Shown here: in pieces, positions 10,036 to 19,477 of the stretch
How positions within the stretch are numbered: the stretch's first letter is position 1
How the letters are laid out: each line of letters starts with the position of its first letter
Assembly (NCBI GenBank): GCA_964291215.2
Contig: OZ219790.1
Coordinates: forward strand, 544,001-608,000
Origin: Alphaproteobacteria bacterium
GTDB taxonomy: Bacteria > Pseudomonadota > Alphaproteobacteria > MPNO01 > UBA830
Length of the DNA stretch: 64,000 nt
Reading direction: 5' to 3'
Notes under the pieces: generated by a model
What the model was told of the DNA's origin: nothing
Databases searched by the model: none
The model's input: the letters and a program-made list of their open reading frames with translations, nothing else
Made by a program: the position numbers and the translations under genes

Positions 10036-11295
10036 GGTACTGTAACTTGATGTCTGGAAATTTGTCTGAGGTTTGCGCTTTGAGGCGTTTCACTGGGGGG
10101 CTAGCCCCCCAGTGAAACGCGGCGCCATCGTGCTATCCCATGGAGTTGAAAAACCTTCATGGAGGAAGCGAATGGAGCTGCGACACACTACGACGATTGA
10201 GGCCGTTTTGGAACATCTGATCGCAAACGGAGCAACGGATCTGGGGCGGGTCTTTGGCCAGCTCTTCGAGCTTGCGATGCAAATCGAGCGTGAGCAGTAC
10301 TTGAAAGCGGGCCACCGGACACCGGAACGACAGGGCTATGCCAACGGCTACAAGCGGATCGACACCCCCACTGTTGCCGTTCAGGTGCCAAAGACGGCCG
10401 GTCACGGGGACAACCCGTTCTATCCCCAGTCGCTTGAACGCGGCCAGCGATCTTCTCGCGCCGTAGCCGAGATGTACATCAAGGGTGTTTCCACGCGGCA
10501 AGATGTAATGCGCGAGTTCGGGAGCCTGTCCTCTTCTCAGGTCAGCCGGGCCACCAGGTTGCTCGATGAAGAACTCGCCGCGCAACCGGCCCCTTGGGCT
10601 GATGAAATACCTGATCCTGGATGCGCGCTACGAAAAAGCCCGCCATGACGGCGTTGTGCGCGATGTTGCAGTGCTCTCGGCCATCGGAATAGGGGCTGCA
10701 GGCACGTTCTGGGGCTCTCTGTGGCGCTCTCCGAGGCCGAGGTCCATTGGAGAGCCTTCCTGGAAAGCTTGCTAGCCCTGCATGGTACGACCTTCATCGT
10801 CTCGGATGACCATGCTGGGCTGAAAGCAGCACGACGCGCGGTGCTGGGCGCGGCGACATGGCAGCGCTGCCAGTTCCACTTGGCGCAAAACGCCGTGCAC
10901 CGAACAACGACATCAGGAAACGTATTGGAAAACAGCTCGGAGCCATGCGTCCTCACTCCAAACCGCCGAGGCTGAACTGGGCGCCCTCGTGGCCAGCTAT
11001 CGCGACAAGCATCCAAGCTTCCTGGCTGGAAAAGAATGCGGGGCTCGCTGTCTTCACCTTGCCCGATGCTCACCGCAAACGTATGCGAACCTCGAACGGC
11101 ATCGAGCGGCCGATCCAGCAAGAGCTCAAGCGGCGCACCTCCAAAGTCAGGGTCTTTCCGAACCTCGCCTCGTTGGAGCGCCTCTCAACCGCGGTCCTCA
11201 TCGACGAAAAATGGGAAACCGAAACCAAGATCAAATGGGAACAGCTCGATGACTGAGAGCTTCACGACAATTTCCAGACATCAGGTTGCGTAATC
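10036..11295 (+). mobile_element. Degenerate IS256-family element, copy 1
   Basis: EMYIKGVSTR, YLILDARYEK, IVSDDHAGL, WQRCQFHL, RTSNGIER motifs in broken frames; ends GGTACTGTAACTTGATGTCTGGAAAT and ATTTCCAGACATCAGGTTGCGTAATC; flanks GGTTCAAG/GCTTCAAG. Confidence 0.9.
10085..10120. repeat. Perfect 36-bp palindrome upstream of the IS256 transposase
   Basis: GCGTTTCACTGGGGGGCTAGCCCCCCAGTGAAACGC is self-complementary; a G7/C5 variant is in copy 2 near 29913-29948. Confidence 0.9.
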
Positions 11296-11538
11296 GCTTC
11301 AAGCTGTCGCCTATCGACGACCGCATCTATTTTACCCGACCGGATTCCGTTCTCGCCACCGTCGACAAGACTTGATCAGCCGTTGTCGATACGGCGACGG
11401 ACTCTGGAATTGGTGCCCGGCTTCTGCCCTGCCCGTCGGACAATCAACCGACGTCAGATCCTGTGCGCACTCGGGACACGATTCCCAAACTGCGCTATAT
11501 TGACGCCGAGTCGTCGAATACCATGCCGGACGAATGAG

Positions 11539-11754
11539 ATGAAGTTCCACATCGAATACTGCCAACAGTGAAACTACAAGCCGCGGGCCCTCCGTGCGAG
11601 GGATTTGCTTGTGCAAGCCGGGGCCGAAGCCGAGATCGTACCCGGACGGGTTGGATCGTTCGAGATTACGATAGGCGACTCGACAGTGTTCTCGAAACTC
11701 GACACCGGCCGGTTTCCTGGCGACGACGAGGTCCGGGGTCTGGCCCGGACCTGA
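11539..11754 (+). CDS. SelW/SelT/SelH (Rdx family) selenoprotein, 71 aa, UGA at 11569-11571 read as Sec
   Basis: MKFHIEYCQQ-TGA-NYKPRALRARDLL...GRVGSFEITIGDSTVFSKLDTGRFPGDDEV; CxxU, GxFEI and SK...RFP are Rdx hallmarks. Confidence 0.88.
11576..11612 (+). promoter_or_regulatory. Candidate bacterial SECIS element
   Basis: Directly 3' of the in-frame UGA: lower stem ACAAGC/GCTTGT, upper stem CCCTC/GAGGG, G-containing loop CGTGC. Confidence 0.65.
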
Positions 11755-11838
11755 ACCGCGCTGCCACTGCTGGACAGCAGCGTTCGCCGAACGCCGGTTA
11801 CTTCAGGAGCGAGGGTGTCCGAGCCCGGACGAACCAGT

Positions 11839-12681
11839 ATGAGTGGGACGGTCAAGATGCATGCACCGCAGTCATGGCTTTCGGTCGACGAGATTGCCGA
11901 ACGGGTTCCGGACGGCGCACTGGTCGCGTTCCCGAAGGACGATGCCGGTGTGGCAATGGCAGCGACGCGGGCGCTGATTCGCAAGGGCGTCCGGGGCCTG
12001 CGTCTCCTCACCGTGCCCGTCGGCGGTTTCCAGATCGAGATCCTCGTCGGTGCGGGCTGCGCCGGCGAGGTCGAGACCAGCGGCGTTTCATTGGGGGAAT
12101 TCGGCTTCGCCCCGCGCTTTTGTGATGCCGTCGAACACGGCCGCATCGTGATCCGAGACGCGACCTGCCCTGCAATCTACGCGGCGCTGCAGGCGTCGGA
12201 AAAGGGTATTCCGTTCATGCCGCTCCGCGGCATCATCGGCTCCGATCTGCTGGGCCATCGCCCCGACTGGAAGGTGATCGAGAATCCCTTCGCCCAAGGC
12301 AATGATCCGGTGGTGGCGCTGCCCGCGGTCACCCCCGATATCGCGCTCTTCCACTGCCGCTACGGCGATGCGCACGGCAATGTCTGGGCCGGAGCGGCCC
12401 GCGAGTGCGTCCTGTTAGCCCACGCTTCGAAGTGCACGCTTGCGACCGTCGAGGAAGTCTGGGACGGTAACCTGATGGATGATCCCGGGATGCGAGCCGG
12501 CGCCATCCCGCCGGTCTATGTTGACGCGGTAGCGCACGCGCCGCAGGGCGCCTGGCCTCTGCCCGGGCACTGCCCGAAAGACGGCCGCCACCTTCGCGCC
12601 TATCTGGCCGCAGCGCAGACAGCGAAGGGCTTCGATGCGTGGCTCGCAGAGAACGTGCTTCAGGTTGAGGCCGCAGCCTGA
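11839..12681 (+). CDS. Family I CoA-transferase alpha subunit (GctA-like)
   Basis: LQASEKGIPFMPLRGIIGSDL, PDIALFH...DAHGNV, AVAHAPQGAWP; start uncertain (11839 or 11857). Confidence 0.8.
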   Translation: MSGTVKMHAPQSWLSVDEIAERVPDGALVAFPKDDAGVAMAATRALIRKGVRGLRLLTVPVGGFQIEILVGAGCAGEVETSGVSLGEFGFAPRFCDAVEHGRIVIRDATCPAIYAALQASEKGIPFMPLRGIIGSDLLGHRPDWKVIENPFAQGNDPVVALPAVTPDIALFHCRYGDAHGNVWAGAARECVLLAHASKCTLATVEEVWDGNLMDDPGMRAGAIPPVYVDAVAHAPQGAWPLPGHCPKDGRHLRAYLAAAQTAKGFDAWLAENVLQVEAAA

Positions 12682-12689
12682 CCTTGTCC

Positions 12690-13421
12690 ATGGAGTATTC
12701 CCGCGAGGAACTGCTGATCTGCGCCCTGGCGCGCCTTCTCGACGGCTGCCGCAACATCGCCGTCGGCACAGCGTCTCCCATTCCCGGAAGCGCCGCACTG
12801 CTGGTCCAGGCACTCGGCGGCGGCAAGGCGCGCGCCAGCATTCTCGGGAGCGTACTGCACAACCCGTTCAATGACGGCGGTCCCGAACTGTTCGACCGCG
12901 CCGGTCAGGGCCGGGTTGACGCATTCTTTCTCGGCGGCGGCCAGATCGACGGCGAAGGCAACATCAATCTTGTCGGAACCGGCCCCTACCCGGCCTCAGA
13001 GACCCGCTTTCCCGGCAGCTTCGGCTCCGCCTACCTGTATTTCACGGTTCCGCGCGTCATCCTGTTCCGGGAAGAACATTCTCGCCGCTCCCTCGTCGAC
13101 CGCGTCGATTTCATCAGCGCTCCCGGCGCCAGCCCGCCGGAGGTCCACCGGCCAGGCGGCCCGTTCGCCCTCGTCACCAACCTGTGCGTCTTCGCCTACG
13201 AACGCGGCAACCGGAGGTTCCGCCTCGAGGGTCTTCTACCCGGTGCAACCCTCGAGGAAGTGCGCGACAACACCGGTTTCGATTTCGCTTGCCCCACCGA
13301 TCTCGCGCCGGTGGCGCCGCCCGAACCCGACCGACTCGAGCTGATCCGCGGGCGCATCGCGGATGAAATCGCGGAGACCTATCCCGAGTTCGCACGCAGG
13401 CGCCTCGGCTGGCAAGGCTGA
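12690..13421 (+). CDS. CoA-transferase beta subunit (GctB-like)
   Basis: FFLGGGQIDGEGNINL, LVDRVDFIS, LVTNLCVF, PGATLEEVRDNTGF. Confidence 0.82.
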   Translation: MEYSREELLICALARLLDGCRNIAVGTASPIPGSAALLVQALGGGKARASILGSVLHNPFNDGGPELFDRAGQGRVDAFFLGGGQIDGEGNINLVGTGPYPASETRFPGSFGSAYLYFTVPRVILFREEHSRRSLVDRVDFISAPGASPPEVHRPGGPFALVTNLCVFAYERGNRRFRLEGLLPGATLEEVRDNTGFDFACPTDLAPVAPPEPDRLELIRGRIADEIAETYPEFARRRLGWQG

Positions 13422-13519
13422 CCACCCCGATGGACGCCTGCTATACTCTGTCACGAGGCGGAGGGTCAGGGCGTTCCGCCGCAAAGGGCCCTCCTTCCCA
13501 TCCGAGGAGTTGAGTTCCG

Positions 13520-13963
13520 TTGGACAACGTATTCGAAGTCTACCGTTCCGTCGTCTTCCCCTGGCATTGCGATCACATCGGCCACATGAACGTGCGCTGG
13601 TACGCACACCATTTCGACGACGCTGGCTTTCATCTGTGGACCGTAGCCGGCCTGAGCCAGAAGGCGATGCATAAAAGCGGTTCGGGGCTGGTGGTTGCAC
13701 GAATCTCGATCGACTACGTTCGGGAGATGAAGGCTGGCGACCTCATGGTCATACGCGGCGGCTTCACCCATGTCGGTAACAGGTCCATACGCCACCACCT
13801 GCGCATGTATGACGCCGACAGCGACGAACTGCGCGCGACCCAGGATACGGTCGAGGTGTTCTTCGACCCGGAAACCAGGAAATCCGCGGTCATGCCCGAT
13901 CACTACCGCAACAGGCTAAAGCCCCTGGTTGTCGACTTCGCCGAAGCGGAAGACCGGGCATGA
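13520..13963 (+). CDS. Acyl-CoA thioesterase (4HBT/YbgC hot-dog fold)
   Basis: WHCDHIGHMNVRWY motif; GAGGAG ribosome site before TTG start. Confidence 0.85.
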   Translation: MDNVFEVYRSVVFPWHCDHIGHMNVRWYAHHFDDAGFHLWTVAGLSQKAMHKSGSGLVVARISIDYVREMKAGDLMVIRGGFTHVGNRSIRHHLRMYDADSDELRATQDTVEVFFDPETRKSAVMPDHYRNRLKPLVVDFAEAEDRA

Positions 13964-14787
13964 CGCCGATCGAAGGGAGGGTCGCAATCGTCACGGGGGC
14001 TGGACGCGGCCTCGGACTTGCCATGACGAGGGGCCTGGTCGCCGCAGGCACCAGGGTCGCGATGGCCGAACTTGACGAAGACGTTGTCCGCGCGGCGGCA
14101 CGCGAATTCGGGGACTCCGTGATCGCCGTGTCCGGCGACGTATCGAATCCCGACGATGCGCGGAGGATCGTCGAGGAAACCGTCGGGGCGTTCGGCAACC
14201 CTGACGCGCTCGTGAACAATGCCGGGCTCGGACCCCAACGCTTCCGCAGCACGGACCGGTCGGATGTCAGTATGGTCTGGGAGATCGAACTCGCCGACTG
14301 GCTGCTCTATCTCGACGCCAACGTCACCGGCCATTTCGTCATGACGAAGGCAGTGATGCCCGGCATGCTGGCGCGGAATCACGGCCGTATAGTCAATGTT
14401 ACGACCAGCTTCGAGACCATGATCGCCTACGCCAACGGCGCCTATGGGCCGTCCAAGGCGGCCGCCGAAGCTCTCGCGACGATGATCGCGGGCGGTGTCG
14501 CGGGAACTGGCGTGACCTGCAACGTGCTCATCCCGGGCGGCCCCGCCGACACTCGCATGATTTCGGCGGCCGGAAAATATGCCAACCGCGCGAATCTCAT
14601 TCAGCCCGAAGTCATGGTCCCGCCGCTGCTCTATCTCATGTCCGACGATTCTGCGGGCATCAATGACCGCCGGATACGGGCTGCCGTCTGGGACATGAAC
14701 AGGACAGTGGAGGAAAACCTCGACGCCGCGAGCGCGCCGATCGCCTGGCCGCAGCTCGGCGGACAGGCGATCCAGCCCGAAAGCTGA
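13960..14787 (+). CDS. SDR oxidoreductase 1
   Basis: TGAGRGLG, NNAG, YGPSK. Confidence 0.92.
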   Translation: MTPIEGRVAIVTGAGRGLGLAMTRGLVAAGTRVAMAELDEDVVRAAAREFGDSVIAVSGDVSNPDDARRIVEETVGAFGNPDALVNNAGLGPQRFRSTDRSDVSMVWEIELADWLLYLDANVTGHFVMTKAVMPGMLARNHGRIVNVTTSFETMIAYANGAYGPSKAAAEALATMIAGGVAGTGVTCNVLIPGGPADTRMISAAGKYANRANLIQPEVMVPPLLYLMSDDSAGINDRRIRAAVWDMNRTVEENLDAASAPIAWPQLGGQAIQPES

Positions 14788-14847
14788 GCGCGGCGTCTCG
14801 AAGCGGATCCGCAGCCCGGATGCGGCCGACAAACCGGAGGAGATGCC

Positions 14848-15711
14848 ATGACTGATCGACCGCTCGAGGGGCGCATCGCGCTGATTACCGGAGCCGGGCG
14901 AGGGCTGGGCAAGGCAATGGCCGAGGGCCTTGCGGCCAAGGGCGCACGGACTGCCCTTCTCGATATCGAGCGGGACGTGCTCGCAGCCGCGCTTCGCGAG
15001 GTCGAGGCAGCCGGCGGCCAAGGCTGCGCGATGGCAGTGACCGCCGACGTCACCGATCCCGAGCGGGCGCGGGCCGCCATCGACGAGGTCGTCGATGGCT
15101 TCGGCGGACTGCACATCGTCATCAACGACGCAGCGATGGGACCTCAGTTCTTCACGAATGACTTTGTCGGGGACCCGCCGGTCTTCTGGGATGTCGATCC
15201 CGAACTCTGGCTCCGCGTGCTGACCGTGAACGCCTACGGGCCGCAGTTGGTGACCTCGGTCGCGGTGCCGCATCTTCTGAAAGCAGGTTGGGGACGCGTT
15301 ATCAACATCACCACCAGCCTCGACACGATGTATCTGCGGGGCTGCGGAGCTTACGGCCCCTCAAAGGCCGCGCTTGAGGCCAACACCCGCATCATGGCGC
15401 ATGATCTCGCGGATACCGGGGTGACGGCCAATGTCCTCATTCCCGGGGGCCCGGCGAACACGCGCATGATTCCGGAAGCGACCGGCCTTCCGCGCGACAA
15501 ACTTGTACAGCCCGAAGCAATGCGCGCCCCGGTGTGCTGGCTCTGTAGCGCCGATGCCGACCGCATCAACGGCATGCGCTTCGTTGCGGCGCTGTGGGAC
15601 GAAAGCCTGCCGCCGGACGAACGCGTCGCCAAGGCCGGCGCACCCGTGGCCTGGCCCCAGGTCAACTCGATATCGCAACGGCCGGATGGCTGGGAACACG
15701 AGGATTTATAG
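14848..15711 (+). CDS. SDR oxidoreductase 2
   Basis: TGAGRGLG, YGPSK; GGAGGAG ribosome site. Confidence 0.92.
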   Translation: MTDRPLEGRIALITGAGRGLGKAMAEGLAAKGARTALLDIERDVLAAALREVEAAGGQGCAMAVTADVTDPERARAAIDEVVDGFGGLHIVINDAAMGPQFFTNDFVGDPPVFWDVDPELWLRVLTVNAYGPQLVTSVAVPHLLKAGWGRVINITTSLDTMYLRGCGAYGPSKAALEANTRIMAHDLADTGVTANVLIPGGPANTRMIPEATGLPRDKLVQPEAMRAPVCWLCSADADRINGMRFVAALWDESLPPDERVAKAGAPVAWPQVNSISQRPDGWEHEDL

Positions 15712-15743
15712 AACGCCCAACCGCACGAAACGGGAGAACCGCC

Positions 15744-16589
15744 ATGAGCAATCGAGCCCTTGAGGGCAAGACAGTACTGATGACCGGAGCCGGGCGCGGC
15801 ATGGGCCGACGCATGTCCGTAGCGCTCGCCGAAGCCGGAGCAAGGGTCGCCATGATCGATATCGACGAGGACGTGCTCAGCGAGGCCGCCGAGGAGGCGG
15901 AAGGCGCCGGCGGCCAAGGCTCGGTCAGACCGATGATCTGCGATGTTACCGACGCCGATCGCGCGAGGCAGACAGTGGACGAGATTGTCGCATCCTTCGG
16001 GTCGATCGATGTTCTCGTCAACGATGCGGTTGTCGGGCCGGAGCGCATACCGGGCTTCATGGTCGGCCACACGAATTTCTGGGATCTCAATGACGACCTG
16101 TGGAACACCATGCTGCGGGTCAATGTCTTCGGTCCCCAGCTCATGGCCAAGACCTGCGCCCCGGTCATGATGAAGGGCGGCTGGGGCCGCATCATCAACG
16201 TGACCACCAGCCTCAACACCATGTATCGCGTCGGTGGCGGCGCCTACGGGCCTTCCAAGGCGGCGCTGGAGGCCCATACCCACATCATGGCGCACGACCT
16301 CGACGGCACGGGAGTAACTGCCAACATCCTGATCCCCGGCGGGCCGGTCAACACGCGGATGATTCCGGCCGACGCCCCGTTCAGCCGCTCTGCCCTGATT
16401 CAACCCGAGGTCATGGAAATGCCTGTGGTCTGGCTGGCATCGGAAGATTCCGATGGGATCAATGGTATGCGTTTCATCGCGGCACTGTGGGACCCCGACC
16501 TCCCCCGCGACGACCGCATTGCCAGGGCCGGAGCGCCAGTAGCCTGGACCCAACTCGAATCGCGGGCGATCTATCCATCCGAGGATTGA
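15744..16589 (+). CDS. SDR oxidoreductase 3
   Basis: TGAGRGMG, YGPSK; ATG at 15744 after GGGAGA. Confidence 0.92.
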   Translation: MSNRALEGKTVLMTGAGRGMGRRMSVALAEAGARVAMIDIDEDVLSEAAEEAEGAGGQGSVRPMICDVTDADRARQTVDEIVASFGSIDVLVNDAVVGPERIPGFMVGHTNFWDLNDDLWNTMLRVNVFGPQLMAKTCAPVMMKGGWGRIINVTTSLNTMYRVGGGAYGPSKAALEAHTHIMAHDLDGTGVTANILIPGGPVNTRMIPADAPFSRSALIQPEVMEMPVVWLASEDSDGINGMRFIAALWDPDLPRDDRIARAGAPVAWTQLESRAIYPSED

Positions 16590-16821
16590 TTTCCGATCGG
16601 ACGTGATCACAAAATTGCCGTATACGGCCCCAACCATGGCCCATGCACGGCTCCCGCTTGCGGCGTCGTCCCGACGGAAGAGGGAAAAAAGCTCTTGCCG
16701 TTCCTCATGCCGCCCATCCACCGGTGTCGGGCCGATAGCCGTTCCGTGGCCTTGCCTTCCGGCGCTTGACCGGCCGCCGATGCGGCAGCCGTCGGGCTGA
16801 AGACGGCGTGATGCGGAGCGG

Positions 16822-18198
16822 ATGATGGCCAAGGACCTGAGAACATTTCTGGAAGGCGCCGGTGCGAACGTTCTGCGCGTCTCGCGGCCGGTGCCGCGCA
16901 AGCATCTGAGCGCGCTGATCGTCGAGGCCCGGCAACCGGTGCTTTTCGAGCGGATCGAAGGCTTTGCCGGCTGGAGGCTGGCCGACCTTCTTTTCCGCGA
17001 CCGCGCGGCCCAGGCAATCGTGCTCGGAACCGAACCGGATGCCGTCCTGCCATTTCTCGCCGAACGCCTGTCACGTCCACCGGTAGCACCATGCCTGACC
17101 GCCCGACGCCCCGGTGTCTGGACCGACCATGACGGCGGGCATGCGGATTTCGGCCTGCTACCCGGGTTTCAGCACGGAGCACGCGACCCCGGTCCCAGCC
17201 TGATCGCCATGGTCGTCTGCCAGGGACCCGACGGTGGCCCGGCGAACTTCTCGTTTACGCGGATCTCGCCTTTCGACGCTCGACGCGCAACTTACCTGAT
17301 CGGTTCGTCGCCACACATGCGTTCCATTCTCTCCGCCTGGGAAGCGCGCGGCGAGGCAATGCCGATCGCCTTTGTCATAGGAACCCACCCGGCCTACGAG
17401 ATCATGGCGTCCTACAGCGTCCCCGACCATCTTGAACGGTTTGGCGAGCTCGACATGGTCGCCAATCTCGTCGGCGAGCAGGTCGAACTCGTCGCCTGCC
17501 GCACGATCCCGCTTGCGGTTCCGGCCCACGCCGAGGTCGTGATCGAGGGGCGTGTCACGCCCGGTGAACGCCGCGACGACGGACCGGGCCCGTCGCAGGC
17601 CCTGTACTACATTCCGGGCGTCACCAGGCAGCCGGTGGTCGAGATCTCGTCGATTGCCATCCGCGAGAATTCGATCCTGCGCCAGCACAACACCCTGATG
17701 TATTCGGATCATCAGCCGCTGCTGTCGCTGCCCCATGAGGCAATGTTGTATGAACGTCTGACGAAGCAGGGATTCCGCGTGCGTGAGGTTGCGTATGTCC
17801 CGTGGGGCGGAACACTGGCCTGCGTTGTGCAGATGACACCCGAATCGGAAGGCGAGGCCCACAACGCGCTGATGCTCATGCTCGGAGAACGCTGGCCCAG
17901 CGCCAAGCTCACAATTGCAATCGACGACGATGTCGACATCGAAAGCGCCGAAGACCTGATCTGGTCGGTCGCAACCCGTGTCGAGCCGACGCGCGACATT
18001 TTCGTCGTTCCATCTGCAAAGGGCCATGCCCTGGATCCCACCGCCCGCGAAGCGGCTGGCGGATCGCGCAATGTCGTTGCCGGCAAATGGGCAATCGACG
18101 CAACCGGACCGCCGGCCAGCGATCACCCGGCGCGCGCGCGCTTCGAACGCACCGTACCGCCCCATGGCGGCAAAGTGCGGCTTGCCGATTTCCTGTGA
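16822..18198 (+). CDS. UbiD-family (de)carboxylase
   Basis: DLRTFL, PVLFERIEG, PIAFVIG, VPAHAEVVIEG, IDDDVDI...WSVATR, LDP, KWAIDAT. Confidence 0.88.
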   Translation: MMAKDLRTFLEGAGANVLRVSRPVPRKHLSALIVEARQPVLFERIEGFAGWRLADLLFRDRAAQAIVLGTEPDAVLPFLAERLSRPPVAPCLTARRPGVWTDHDGGHADFGLLPGFQHGARDPGPSLIAMVVCQGPDGGPANFSFTRISPFDARRATYLIGSSPHMRSILSAWEARGEAMPIAFVIGTHPAYEIMASYSVPDHLERFGELDMVANLVGEQVELVACRTIPLAVPAHAEVVIEGRVTPGERRDDGPGPSQALYYIPGVTRQPVVEISSIAIRENSILRQHNTLMYSDHQPLLSLPHEAMLYERLTKQGFRVREVAYVPWGGTLACVVQMTPESEGEAHNALMLMLGERWPSAKLTIAIDDDVDIESAEDLIWSVATRVEPTRDIFVVPSAKGHALDPTAREAAGGSRNVVAGKWAIDATGPPASDHPARARFERTVPPHGGKVRLADFL

Positions 18199-18271
18199 CC
18201 GCACGAACATTTCGATCCGCACGAACGGGACTTTCCGGCCTTGTATACTGTCCTGCCGCCTGTTTCGAATA

Positions 18272-19477
18272 TCAGCGGGTCTGGCCCCGCAGTACCGGCA
18301 TCGCACGGAGAGCAACAACAAACGCAATGAGCAGAAGGACGCTACCTCCCAGATACGGCGCATCGCGGGAAAAAGCCGAAAACGACAGACCCGCTGCCGC
18401 CGGACCGAGAATTCGGCACAGCGACTGGACTGACTGCAGCGCACCCATCGCCGCCCCCTGCTGGCCAGCCGGAGCATTGCGGGAAACGAGTGCGGCAAGC
18501 GAAGGCTGGGCCAGCCCGTAGCCCACGGCGATGAGAAAGCCACCGATATACGCCGGGAAGGCGGAATGGACGAACAGCACGAAAGTAAAACCCGCTGCCA
18601 TAAGGATAGTGCCTGCCGCAACCAGCGGTCCTTCCCCAACCCACCGGACCAGCGGACGGACGAAGACGCCTTGGACGAGAATCATGAGAGTTCCGATATA
18701 GAAGAAGAAGACCGCGTTCTCTCGCACTTCCCATGAAAGCTGGCGCTCCGTCCATATCGCAAATGTGCTCTCCAGCCCGCCCATGCAGAATGCCATCAGG
18801 GTCACGATAATCAGAGGGTACAGCACACCGGGCACACGGCCAGCGACAGTGAAGTCACGGATACGATCGCGATAGCTGCGGGATCTGCCCGCCTTTGAAC
18901 GCTGCCTAGGCTCCTGAAGAAGCAGCAGCGCCGCAACCAGCCCGATTGCTCCCGCACCGGCTGCCGCCAGAAATGCAGTGCGGAAATCCGTGTCGCCTTC
19001 GCCAAACCATGTCAGCGACCATCCGATGGCCGGTCCGAGCACGAACCCGGCGCCGATCGCCGCGCCCATCAGCCCCATGCGGGCCGCCCGGTCGCGCGGC
19101 GGCGTCAGATCCGCAATATAGGCCTGAGCAACAACCGCCGTGCCGCCCATCAGACCGGCGAGGGAGCGCGCGGCAAAAAGCTCCCAAAGCGCGTCAGCCT
19201 GACTTACCCATACGAACGACAGCACCGACCCGGCGATGCCGAGACAAAGGATCGGCTTGCGACCCCAGCGATCGCTGGCGACCCCCCAGGGAAACGAGGA
19301 TAGCAAGGCAAAGAACGAAAAAGTCGCGAACAGGATGGCAACCATGGCTGGGGAGGCGCCAAAGCGCTCGGCCCAAAACGGCATGAACGGGATGATGATC
19401 CCGAAAGCGAGCATGTCGAAAAAGACGATCAGCAGGAGGATACCGATCGCCCGCCGTTCCCGGAGGTCTGCCGTCAT
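18272..19477 (-). CDS. MFS transporter, TetA/DHA1-like
   Basis: DMLAFGIIIP, GVASDRWGRKP (motif A), GFVLGPAIG (motif C); start overlaps the ligase stop (ATGA). Confidence 0.9.
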   Translation of the reverse strand: MTADLRERRAIGILLLIVFFDMLAFGIIIPFMPFWAERFGASPAMVAILFATFSFFALLSSFPWGVASDRWGRKPILCLGIAGSVLSFVWVSQADALWELFAARSLAGLMGGTAVVAQAYIADLTPPRDRAARMGLMGAAIGAGFVLGPAIGWSLTWFGEGDTDFRTAFLAAAGAGAIGLVAALLLLQEPRQRSKAGRSRSYRDRIRDFTVAGRVPGVLYPLIIVTLMAFCMGGLESTFAIWTERQLSWEVRENAVFFFYIGTLMILVQGVFVRPLVRWVGEGPLVAAGTILMAAGFTFVLFVHSAFPAYIGGFLIAVGYGLAQPSLAALVSRNAPAGQQGAAMGALQSVQSLCRILGPAAAGLSFSAFSRDAPYLGGSVLLLIAFVVALRAMPVLRGQTR

